Origin: an uncultured Elusimicrobia bacterium
Lineage (GTDB): Bacteria > Elusimicrobiota > Elusimicrobia > 2-01-FULL-59-12
Assembly (NCBI GenBank): GCA_963702895.1
Contig: OY969767.1
Location: 576,001 to 640,000 of the forward strand
DNA length: 64,000 bases
Direction of reading: 5' to 3'
The notes beneath the pieces were generated by a model. It made no database searches. It had not been told where the DNA came from and saw only the letters and a program-made list of their open reading frames with translations. Shown in pieces: positions 52,120 to 60,351 of the stretch (positions are counted from its first letter, which is position 1; each line of letters starts with the position of its first letter). Made by a program: the position numbers and the translations under genes.

Positions 52120-52458
52120 ATGAAGCAGAACGAACGGAAGAAGTGGAGCCGGGAATTCAAGCTGGAGGCGGTACGTCAGACGCAGGTGACGGGCAGGTGT
52201 GTGGCCGAGGTAGCGCGGGCGCTCGAAATTCCCGTCCATCAGCTGTATCGATGGCGGACGGAAGTGGATCATAAGGAAAAGGAAGCGTTTCCTGGATCTG
52301 GCCATGAGACGCCGAACACCGAGCTGGAAACGCTGCGTCGAGAGAATAAACGTCTGCGCGAAGAGCGCGAGATTCTAAAAAAAAGCCTAATCTTCTTTGC
52401 CAAGGACGCATCGCTCGGTACCGATTCATCGGGGAACACCGGCACGAGTTCCAAGTGA
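52120..52458 (+). CDS. IS3 transposase OrfA
   Basis: HTH (EFKLEAV...VARALEI...LYRW) plus leucine zipper; A-AAA-AAA slippery site at 52377-52383. Confidence 0.92.
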   Translation: MKQNERKKWSREFKLEAVRQTQVTGRCVAEVARALEIPVHQLYRWRTEVDHKEKEAFPGSGHETPNTELETLRRENKRLREEREILKKSLIFFAKDASLGTDSSGNTGTSSK

Positions 52459-53291
52459 GCGTGATGTGCGACGTGCTGGAGGTGTCGCGGTCTGGCTATT
52501 ACGCCTGGCGCAGCCGGCCGATCAGCGCGCGCCAGCGTGCCGATGAGGCGCTCGTGAGTACTATTCGAGACGTTTTCCGGAAGAATCGAAAGGTTTACGG
52601 AAGTCCGCGGATTCATGATGCGCTGAAAGACCAGGGAATGCGGCTGGGTCGCAAGCGCGTGGCGCGCCTCATGCGGCAGAACGGGATTGTGGCTGAGCCC
52701 TATCGCCGGATGAAGTGGCGATGGTCGTTTAAGACCGCCCAAGCTGCCGGCAACTTGGTCCAGCGGCAGTTTGCAGTGAGTCAGCCGAACCGGATATGGG
52801 CCGCGGATATGACCTCGTTCTGGACAGGATCAGGCTGGGTGCATTTGGCGATTGTGATGGATCTTTGTTCGCGGCGTATCGTCGGGTGGTCGATGCACGG
52901 TCAGATGACGGAACGCTTGGTGGTGGATGCCCTTGAGATGGCGGTGCTGAGTCGCCAACCGACGGGACCGTTGGTGCACCATTCGGACCAGGGAAGCCAG
53001 TATCAAAGCCGTCTGTTTCAGGGAAAGCTTAAGGAACATGGAATTCAGCTGAGCATGAGTCGGCGCGGCAATTGCTGGGACAACGCGGTCGTGGAGAGCT
53101 TTTTCAGAACGACAAAGCAGGAATTACAGAACGACGCCCGATTCAAATCACGAGAAGAAGCTCGAACACAGCTATTTGACTATATCGAAGTGTTCTACAA
53201 TCGGCAACGGAAGCATTCAACGCTCGGGTATCTATCGCCCGCGCAGTTTGAATCAAATTTACCTATTCCTGTGTCCACAAAAGCGGGGTAA
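52377..53291 (+). CDS. IS3 transposase OrfB (DDE), -1 frame
   Basis: Frame is open from the slippery site: ..ARYRFI..VSRSGYY, WAAD, HSDQGSQY, WDNAVVESFF. Confidence 0.93.
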   Translation, partial: KKKPNLLCQGRIARYRFIGEHRHEFQVSVMCDVLEVSRSGYYAWRSRPISARQRADEALVSTIRDVFRKNRKVYGSPRIHDALKDQGMRLGRKRVARLMRQNGIVAEPYRRMKWRWSFKTAQAAGNLVQRQFAVSQPNRIWAADMTSFWTGSGWVHLAIVMDLCSRRIVGWSMHGQMTERLVVDALEMAVLSRQPTGPLVHHSDQGSQYQSRLFQGKLKEHGIQLSMSRRGNCWDNAVVESFFRTTKQELQNDARFKSREEARTQLFDYIEVFYNRQRKHSTLGYLSPAQFESNLPIPVSTKAG

Positions 53292-53361
53292 TTCCAGTGT
53301 TCGTATTTCACATTTGAATCGAGCGGTTCATTCGCCAGCGGCAATGCCTTGAGTATACGGC

Positions 53362-53466
53362 GCCTGGCACAGACCCCCAATCGATTGCGTTGTTTCCCGG
53401 TATGACCATTCCCTTTGGGCCCAGCCTGGCACGACAAACGCGCTCTATTCTCGCTCGGTGACAGGC
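53362..53466. repeat. ~105-bp cassette-boundary element, copy 2
   Basis: GCCTGGCAC...GTGACAGGC with the same core. Confidence 0.85.
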
Positions 53467-53511
53467 GCTATTATTCGGAACCTTTCCAAGGAAGATATAA
53501 TCGTTGTCTAA

Positions 53512-53967
53512 ATGCTTAAAGAAGTCCTCGCCATCGCATCGTGGCTATCCGCGCCGGTCCTATTCATCCGGGTCTGCTATTTCATTGTTTGGCAAACAAC
53601 CTCGGGTGTGCCTTCGCGGCGGGAAAGTCTTCTTTCGATGGGATTTGTGATGAGCGCATTTATTCTTGGTGCCTTGATGAGTCCGTTCTTTTCTATCAAA
53701 CCAGATGAGGAAGCTGCGAAACGGCGGTCAACCAACATGCGGCTATGGTTAGCCGGCATGGTCTATGGTTTTGTTTATTCCCTGATATGGAGCACTCTTC
53801 TGATCAAGAACACCAGTGACTCCGACTGGGGCCAAGGCGCCGGGATGGTCTGGATAATGTTTCTTGGTCCGTCCTATGCGGCCGGTTTCACTCTGTTCTA
53901 TGGGGTTTGGCCTTTTATTTCGTGGCAATGGAAACGATTCTGGCGGTCTGAGAAGGGCGGTCGTTAA
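53512..53967 (+). CDS. Hypothetical 4-TM membrane protein
   Basis: 151 aa, four hydrophobic segments; TATAAT at 53496. Confidence 0.7.
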   Translation: MLKEVLAIASWLSAPVLFIRVCYFIVWQTTSGVPSRRESLLSMGFVMSAFILGALMSPFFSIKPDEEAAKRRSTNMRLWLAGMVYGFVYSLIWSTLLIKNTSDSDWGQGAGMVWIMFLGPSYAAGFTLFYGVWPFISWQWKRFWRSEKGGR

Positions 53968-54097
53968 TCCTGACTAGTCACGAACGTTCCCAGCTGCGGC
54001 ACGGCGTTCGACCTCGCGCTTACCGGCTGGACGCTCCGCCCGCTGCTGCAGATACGGCTTTAAACGGCGCTACGGTGAGGGTCGCCGCTTCTGGAAA

Positions 54098-54360
54098 AAG
54101 TAACGGTGTAACGGGGTAAATGCTGTGACGCCGATACTCCGGCACGCCGGCACGCCGACCCGCCGGTTCGCCGCGTCCCCGCGTCTCCGCGTCTGCCGTT
54201 TCGCCGACCCGCCGACCCGCCGGTTCGCCGCCTCGCCCCGTCTCCGCGTCCCCGCGTCTCCGCGCCTGCCCGCCGCGCCGTAGTGGCGGGTCCCCGCGCC
54301 TGCCCGCCATGCCGTAGTGGCGGGTCACCCCTCCCACCCCCACCCCCTCCCTCCCCTGCC
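54098..54360. repeat. Degenerate octamer array plus two CCTGCCCGCC...GGCGGG hairpins
   Basis: GTAACGGT arm, then CGCCGATA/CGCCGGCA/CCCCGCGT units. Confidence 0.7.
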
Positions 54361-54570
54361 AACCGACTATAAATAGATGTAAAATCAGCGAGATTGCGAC
54401 GGCGATAAAGAGTAGCCTGGTAGACTACAGCGCACCTCCGCTTTTATCGAACGCCATACGGTCAAGCCGGAGCACTACTTGCGCTGAGTGAACCCCGCGG
54501 AGGCACAAATCTGAAATTTGGCGAATTGAGCCCACAATTCAGAGCGTAAGATTTATCCAAGGAATTGAAT

Positions 54571-54753
54571 ATGCCACGACCCAGAAAAGGCAAAGAAATG
54601 AAGAATGGCAATGGCGCCACGTTAGGCTTTGAGGAGATGCTTTGGCGGGCGGCCGCCAAGATGCGGGGGCTGACCCACCGGCTCGAAAGCCAGTTTTCAG
54701 AAGGGCGAAAGCTGGAAGAGCAGATCAGAAAGAATCTGGCGGGGATACACTAA
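54571..54753 (+). pseudogene. Internally deleted type I R-M HsdM remnant
   Basis: N-terminal NGATLGFEEMLWRAAAKMRG joined directly to C-terminal LTHRLESQFSEGRKLEEQIRKNLAGI. Confidence 0.7.
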
Positions 54754-54755
54754 AC

Positions 54756-55406
54756 GTGTGGTATCTCTTTCTGGATGAAAGCGGCGATTTGGGCTTCGAT
54801 TTTGTCAATAAGAGGCCATCCCGATATTTCACGATCTGCGTTCTGGCAACGGCCGACCCGGGGTGTTATCACGCGCTTCGCAAAGCGATCAAGAAAACCC
54901 TGCGGCGCAAGGTAAACTTGGGCGGCCGCGCGACACATTTAAAGAACGAAATATAGGGAACCGGTACAACGATCGGCGCCAAACGGCATTTCTACCAACA
55001 GGTTGAAGGCTTACGCTTTGGCATTTACGCACTGACGCTCAATAAGCGGCGGGTTTACGAATACCTGACTCAACGGAAGGACCAGGTTTACAACTTCGTT
55101 GCGCGAAAAGTTCTGGATCAAATTCCTTTTGAAAAAGCCAATACGGAAGTGTACTTGGCTGTCGACCGCAGCAAAGGGAAGGCGGAAATTCGCGATTTCA
55201 ACACGTATATTTTCCGTCAATTACAAGGACGCCTCGATCCCAAGGTCGTCTTGCGCATTGACCATTTAACGGGACCAGAAGAACCGGCGCTGCAAGCAGC
55301 AGACTTATTCTCCTGGGGAATCTTTCGAAAATACGAGAAAGACGATTCAGCGTGGTTCGATAATTTTCGTGACAGGGTGAGGTTTGATGAGATCTACCTG
55401 GGATAA
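54756..55406 (+). pseudogene. DUF3800-family protein with in-frame TAG
   Basis: WYLFLDESGDLG...NEI*G...LQAADLFSWGIFRKYE; a single TAG at 54954-54956 where Lys (E.KG) is expected, frame otherwise open. Confidence 0.85.
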
Positions 55407-55502
55407 AAAAAGAAGGAGCGCGCCTCTTAGGCTCGTGATCCCGCGATTATGGCCCTCGATTGAGGGGAACATCGCAGGCACCTAAGTTGGACTTACCGCT
55501 CC
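55405..55502 (-). ncRNA. Putative structured ncRNA convergent with the DUF3800 gene
   Basis: Four nested stems, a G-U pair that works only on the minus strand, its own promoter and a 3' U-tract. Confidence 0.7.
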
Positions 55503-55508
55503 GACATC

Positions 55509-55537
55509 AGTATAACACACACGCGCGACGACAACAA
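55509..55537 (-). promoter_or_regulatory. Promoter of the putative ncRNA
   Basis: Minus strand TTGTTG-N17-TATACT with extended TG; predicted +1 at ~55502. Confidence 0.6.
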
Positions 55538-55650
55538 CAGGAAGTCGATTGCGGTAATGGCTAATTCGAATTCATATCTATATTTTGAGGTAATTCGCTG
55601 CGTTGCAGTGGCTGCCCCAAAGTCTTTGGAGTGTCCGGCATGAGCGATTC

Positions 55651-57261
55651 ATGGAAACCTTAAACGAAAAGCCATCTTTCGCGCAGATGAAGCGGGTGGG
55701 GTCGGCGGCCTTGGCCGACTACCAGAAGCTGGTGAGCGGACTGGACCAATTCGGCCGCAGGCCGGGTGAACGTTGGCATGCGCTGGCGGATGATTTCATC
55801 GGCCGTGTGCTGGAGTTGGAATCACTCCTTAAGGGGTTCAAGGGCAAGGCCTATCTGCTGGCGCGGGAAAAGCGAGAACTAACCCCCAAACTCGCCCAAG
55901 CGCTGTCTTCTCTCGAAGCGCAATGGCCGCGTCTGATCGCGGAACTGATCGCTGCCTGTCCGGTGGACGAAATCCCTCTGCCCGCCGACCCGCTGACCCG
56001 GACGGCCTTCGAAAAATACGACGCTCTGGCCGCCGAGATCGCGCTGCCCTGGTTTGAGCGGCGTGCCGTGCAGCGCCTCTTCCGCCGCGCCGACCAGCCC
56101 ACGGCGGTTCCTCTGCTCCTGCTGGGCCTGCCTGGCCGAGCGGATGCGATAAAAATATTCGAGCTGGTTCCGTTTCTTCAGATTCTGTTGGCTCAAACCC
56201 CTCTTCAGCAGGAGGGCGGCAAGACGTTGAAAGAGAGCCAGGCCGAGTGGCGGCGACAGGCCCTTTCCCGGGGCCGGGAACCCGCGGCAGGCCTACGGGT
56301 CTTCGACTCTTTTGTGGAGCGGGTCGGGTCCGCTGATCCAGAGCAGCGCAAAGCCGCCCGGAAGGAGCTGGCGAAGCTGCGCGATCAAAGCGTGGATGAG
56401 CGTTGGGGACGGCTGCCGGAGAATAACTGGCGCGCCAGCCGCGATCTCTTGGCCTATTGGGACGGTGTGCGGCTGGCGCTGAAGCATCCCGATCCGGTCT
56501 ACCGCCGGGCGGCTTTGTGCGCGCTGCCGGGGCTCCAGTTCAGTTTTGTCTTTGAGGATTTTCCGGAAGAGTGCATCGCTTTTATACTGGAAGGATTACA
56601 GGACACCGACGGCATGGTGCGCCACAAAGTCGCGATGTTCGGGAAGGATTTCTTCAACATCACCCGCCTCAGCCGCCCCGCCGTCGCGGACACGCTGGAG
56701 CGCCAGGTCCGCGATCTCTACCCCGCCGTCCGCAAAACGAACCCGGCCGCCCGCTCCAAAATCCGCGGCCTCATCAAGGAAATCGAATGGTTCCGGAACT
56801 ACGATCGTGAAGCCGGTTTTTCCCGGGCCAAGATCCGTCTTGGCGATATCGTGGAGGGTATTGAGATCGGTTCCCCGGAGATGACGGTCTATCTCGATTT
56901 GCGGACCGGAGAGATTTTGCCGGTCTCCGAGTGGTCCGATACGGAGGAGTCCCTGGAGGAGGTCGGGCCTGAGGAGTCTCTGCGGCGATTGCCCTATCCG
57001 AGCTCTTCGGAAGGGTATGAATGGATGGCGGCCTTTGCCCAGACCGTGACGGATCCGGTACTCTCCGGGAAGATCGTAGCCGCGCTGAACGGCCGAGGCG
57101 CGTTCGGCCGTTTCAGGGATGTACTCGCTGAGTATCCCGCCGAACGCGAGCGCTGGTTCGCCTTCAAATTGGAAAAGCTGCGCGAGCTCGCCCGCCAATG
57201 GGCAGAAGACGAAGGCATCCTTTTGACGGACGATCAACCAGAGCCTGTCGGCTATGTGTAA
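55651..57261 (+). CDS. Hypothetical helical protein with C-terminal UPF0158 domain
   Basis: YLDLRTGEI...YEWMAAFA...ALNGRGAFGRFRDVL...ERWFAFK; HEAT-like central region. Start uncertain. Confidence 0.75.
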   Translation: METLNEKPSFAQMKRVGSAALADYQKLVSGLDQFGRRPGERWHALADDFIGRVLELESLLKGFKGKAYLLAREKRELTPKLAQALSSLEAQWPRLIAELIAACPVDEIPLPADPLTRTAFEKYDALAAEIALPWFERRAVQRLFRRADQPTAVPLLLLGLPGRADAIKIFELVPFLQILLAQTPLQQEGGKTLKESQAEWRRQALSRGREPAAGLRVFDSFVERVGSADPEQRKAARKELAKLRDQSVDERWGRLPENNWRASRDLLAYWDGVRLALKHPDPVYRRAALCALPGLQFSFVFEDFPEECIAFILEGLQDTDGMVRHKVAMFGKDFFNITRLSRPAVADTLERQVRDLYPAVRKTNPAARSKIRGLIKEIEWFRNYDREAGFSRAKIRLGDIVEGIEIGSPEMTVYLDLRTGEILPVSEWSDTEESLEEVGPEESLRRLPYPSSSEGYEWMAAFAQTVTDPVLSGKIVAALNGRGAFGRFRDVLAEYPAERERWFAFKLEKLRELARQWAEDEGILLTDDQPEPVGYV

Positions 57262-57306
57262 GCGTCCCGGGGGCACTTGTTCAACTGAAAACAAGATCTC
57301 GGGAAC

Positions 57307-57412
57307 GCCCGGCACATCCCTCCAATCGATTGCGTTGTTCCCCGGCATGGTCCTTTCCCTTTGGGCCCAGCCTGGCACGACAGACGCGCTATCTTCTCGC
57401 CCGGCGACAGGC
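57307..57412. repeat. ~105-bp cassette-boundary element, copy 3
   Basis: GCCCGGCAC...GCGACAGGC with the same core. Confidence 0.85.
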
Positions 57413-57469
57413 ACTGTATGTCCACTTCCGGTTCACTTTTCGGCGTATAATTATCATCGCGTCTTGAAA

Positions 57470-57856
57470 ATGATGACCCCTCTGCAAATCGTTGAATGCG
57501 CCGGACTTGCTATCCTGGGCGTCTTCGGGCATGAACTCCTTCTACGACGAAAAGCAAAAGAAGAACAAGGTCTAACCCCTGTCTTTGATTATCGGCTTGA
57601 GCCTGGGAGGTTGAATGGTCGCGTTACTTTTTACGAATCACTTGTTGTTCGTTCCAACTTTCTGCAGCAGGTGTTTTCCTACGAGAAGATTAAATCGGTG
57701 AAGTGTCGTGGTACATTCATTCATGAGATCGTGATTCAATATGTTGATGGTCAACATGGACTCATCTCTTCCATGTCGATTATCGAAAACAATTCCAAAC
57801 AGCGTGAGCAGCTGCTCGTTTTCCTCAGGCAAAAATGCCCTGCCGTGTCAGTTTAA
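57470..57856 (+). CDS. Cassette gene X, copy 2
   Basis: Protein identical to 51644-52030 except near the C-terminus (PAVSV vs PAASV). Confidence 0.7.
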   Translation: MMTPLQIVECAGLAILGVFGHELLLRRKAKEEQGLTPVFDYRLEPGRLNGRVTFYESLVVRSNFLQQVFSYEKIKSVKCRGTFIHEIVIQYVDGQHGLISSMSIIENNSKQREQLLVFLRQKCPAVSV

Positions 57857-57945
57857 CCCGAAAAGACCCGAAAAGGGTCAGTGTTCGTATTTCACATTTG
57901 AATCGAGCGGTTCTTTCGCCAGCGGCAATGCCTTGAGTATACGGC

Positions 57946-58050
57946 GCCTGGCACAGACCCCCAATCGATTGCGTTGTTTCCCGGTATGACCATTCCCTTT
58001 GGGCCCAGCCTGGCACGTTAAACGTGCTCGATTCTCGCTCGGCGGCAGGC
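57946..58050. repeat. ~105-bp cassette-boundary element, copy 4
   Basis: GCCTGGCAC...GCGGCAGGC with the same core. Confidence 0.85.
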
Positions 58051-58523
58051 ACTGGATGTCCTAAGTTAGCCCACCTTCGCTGGACCGCGTTGTAGCGCCG
58101 ATCAGAGATCCGATCACCTGGAATTCAAAGCCGAGCTGGCGTGGTCGGGAAATTAAATTAGCATTTGCGTCAACTAAAGATTGGCTGCACTCTTGATCTT
58201 GCTTGTCTACTCCCAATACATCGCGCGTGAATAGCTCTGTATTCCCAGCGCCGACTAACAATCCTGCGGGACGGTCCTCCGTCCTGCGGGACGGTCCTCG
58301 GTTACTCGGTATCTCTTCGAATGGATTCACAGGTTCGCCTTAAATCAAAGACGTTCATCTCCGGCAAGCAGGTGGCAGGCACTCTGAAAGCAACCGACAT
58401 TCTTTGGCCAGGAAGCGGCCGCGCTGGTGTGCTTCGTTGATGGAGCCGAATCCCATGCGCGACTATACGGCCAGCACCTGGCCGGGGACCACCAAGAGCT
58501 CGGTGTCGGAATACACCCACAAA

Positions 58524-58730
58524 GCACGGGCTTACGCCACTGGTCGGCGCCGGTTATGATCAACCGAGTTACCGAGGACCGTCCCGTATTTCGCACGGGC
58601 TTACGCCACTGGTCGGCGCCGGTTATGATCAACCGAGTTACCGAGGACCGTCCCGTATTTCGCACGGGCTTACGCCACTGGTCGGCGCCGGTTATGATCA
58701 ACCGAGTTACCGAGGACCGTCCCGTATTTC
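58524..58730. repeat. Perfect tandem repeat, 3 x 69 bp
   Basis: Units start at 58524, 58593 and 58662. Confidence 0.95.
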
Positions 58731-58803
58731 GCGTATTCCACCCTGGCAGTGGCGACACCCCAAGTGAATAGGCTGCAGCCGAACGTGTAGTACCATATTA
58801 GCG

Positions 58804-59202
58804 ATGCGCACGATTCTGAACCTCCTCTGGTTTGTCCTCGGCGGTTTCCAAATGGGCCTCGGCTGGTGGGTCGCCGGCATCCTGATGGCCGTCTCGATCA
58901 TCGGGATTCCGTGGGCGCGCGCCTGCTTCATGTTCGGCAAATTCTGTTTCTGGCCGTTCGGTCGGGAAGCGATCGATCGCGAAGAGCTCACGGGTCGGCC
59001 CGACGTAGGCACCGGCGCGCTCGGCTTCCTCGGTAACGTGATTTGGTTCGTCTTCTGCGGATTCTGGCTCTGCATCGGCCACCTCTCGGCCGCGCTCGCG
59101 CACTTCATGACCATCATCGGCATCCCGTTCGCACTCCAGCACTATAAGCTCGCCATGTGCGCGCTCGCTCCGATCGGCAAGACCATCGTCGAAAAGGAAT
59201 AA
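58804..59202 (+). CDS. yccF: YccF-domain inner membrane protein
   Basis: LNLLWFVLGG...IIGIPWA...WPFG; GNVIW...TIIGIPFA...LAPIG. Confidence 0.9.
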   Translation: MRTILNLLWFVLGGFQMGLGWWVAGILMAVSIIGIPWARACFMFGKFCFWPFGREAIDREELTGRPDVGTGALGFLGNVIWFVFCGFWLCIGHLSAALAHFMTIIGIPFALQHYKLAMCALAPIGKTIVEKE

Positions 59203-59453
59203 CCGGCCGCGGAGCGTTTGAGGCCGGTCAGCTTTTCGACATCCTCGCGAGCCCTGAAAGTCCCCCCCCCGCTCTCAACAACCAGGACCCGCTTCAAGCC
59301 GCCTCGATCAGAAATCCGAACTCTCGTCTATAGAGGAGTGCTGAGTAACCGTTTGGCACTTTCAGTCCCAACGCGGTCAAATACGTCCTCCGGGCGGCCA
59401 TAAGCGGGGAAACAATGTTAGTCTTGGAATGGCGCCTCTGTTAAAATCGTATA

Positions 59454-60125
59454 GTGAATTCTATTCGGTTTCTCCCAACCAAGTTCCTTTTTAGTCCACG
59501 CAAAGTGCTTGAACGGTTTGATGACCTTCGCAGAAAGCATGGCGATAACGCTGTTTTTTCTCAAGCACTGTTCAAGCCCGCTAGAGAAGCGCGTGCCGCA
59601 GCCATTTTTGCCATAGGTATTGGTAAAGATTCTCAGAGGGAGTTTTGGATTGGAAGCCCGGAAAAAGACCCACCGGACGCATGGATGGTTGAATTAATTA
59701 AAAGAACCAAAGGAATTAGCCGGTCGAATTTCCCAATCGAAGTCATGGAATGGGAGTCTAGTTCACCGTTTAATGACATTACTGAAGCCATAGATAACAA
59801 ACTCAAAAGGAAGAATTACCTCAAAAATACTATTCTCGTTGTTGACGTTGAGAAGCCTAATAGCCCCATTCAATCGATGAATGTCGTGAATCATTTCAAG
59901 AGCAACCGGCCTAACATCGCCGAAATATGGCTTCTTTGTGCGAATGCGAGTGGGTTATGGCCGAGCGATATGAATGTCAGAGTGTTTCCACAACAAAAGG
60001 CAATTCACTTTGACGTGCATCTAGAGTTTCGGCGATTAGCCGCTCAGCGTGGAGTTATCGACCTCCGCCGCGGAACAAAAAAGGGGGTAGATTTGCCACG
60101 AATGGAGGAGATTGAGTTGCCCTAA
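59454..60125 (+). CDS. Hypothetical protein, possible restriction-endonuclease-like fold
   Basis: 223 aa, lower GC than the core genes; DPPD...IEV motif. Confidence 0.6.
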   Translation: MNSIRFLPTKFLFSPRKVLERFDDLRRKHGDNAVFSQALFKPAREARAAAIFAIGIGKDSQREFWIGSPEKDPPDAWMVELIKRTKGISRSNFPIEVMEWESSSPFNDITEAIDNKLKRKNYLKNTILVVDVEKPNSPIQSMNVVNHFKSNRPNIAEIWLLCANASGLWPSDMNVRVFPQQKAIHFDVHLEFRRLAAQRGVIDLRRGTKKGVDLPRMEEIELP

Positions 60126-60351
60126 CTTAGTTATTCCCGACCTGGCCAAAATTGCAGCCCCCTAACTGTCCAGTCTACTGAAACCGCCATTGTTCCCGCC
60201 GACCCGATCAGAATTCCGAACAACCAACCACAGCCAACTCCAACGAACTCCTAGAAATTCGTCGAAAAAACAGCGAAAATAGTCGTCGGCGACAGAAGAG
60301 CCTGGTAGCCTACACGGCTACTTCGCCCGCTATGGAGGAGTCATCTGACTT

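Larger units (their letters stand above)
52058..53296 (+). mobile_element. IS3-family insertion sequence, 1239 bp
   Basis: TG...CA ends, 26-bp imperfect inverted repeats (21/26), 3-bp GTG target duplication; the empty site is visible in the duplicate at ~57880. Confidence 0.96.

Noticed and set aside
54020..54362. Arg/Gly-rich minus-strand ORFs (also 50079-50354 and 50799-51200)
   Set aside because: Translations of the octamer repeat arrays.
51482..58050. Classical integron attC array
   Set aside because: GTTTAAC overlaps the gene X stop, but a matching GTTRRRY occurs only once, ~170 bp away. The repeats lack attC L/R box structure and no IntI is present.
58524..58730. Possible CRISPR array
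   Set aside because: The three units are identical with no unique spacers, and there are no cas genes in the window.
58061..58771. Short ORFs between element 4 and yccF
   Set aside because: No recognisable motifs; partly translations of the tandem repeat.
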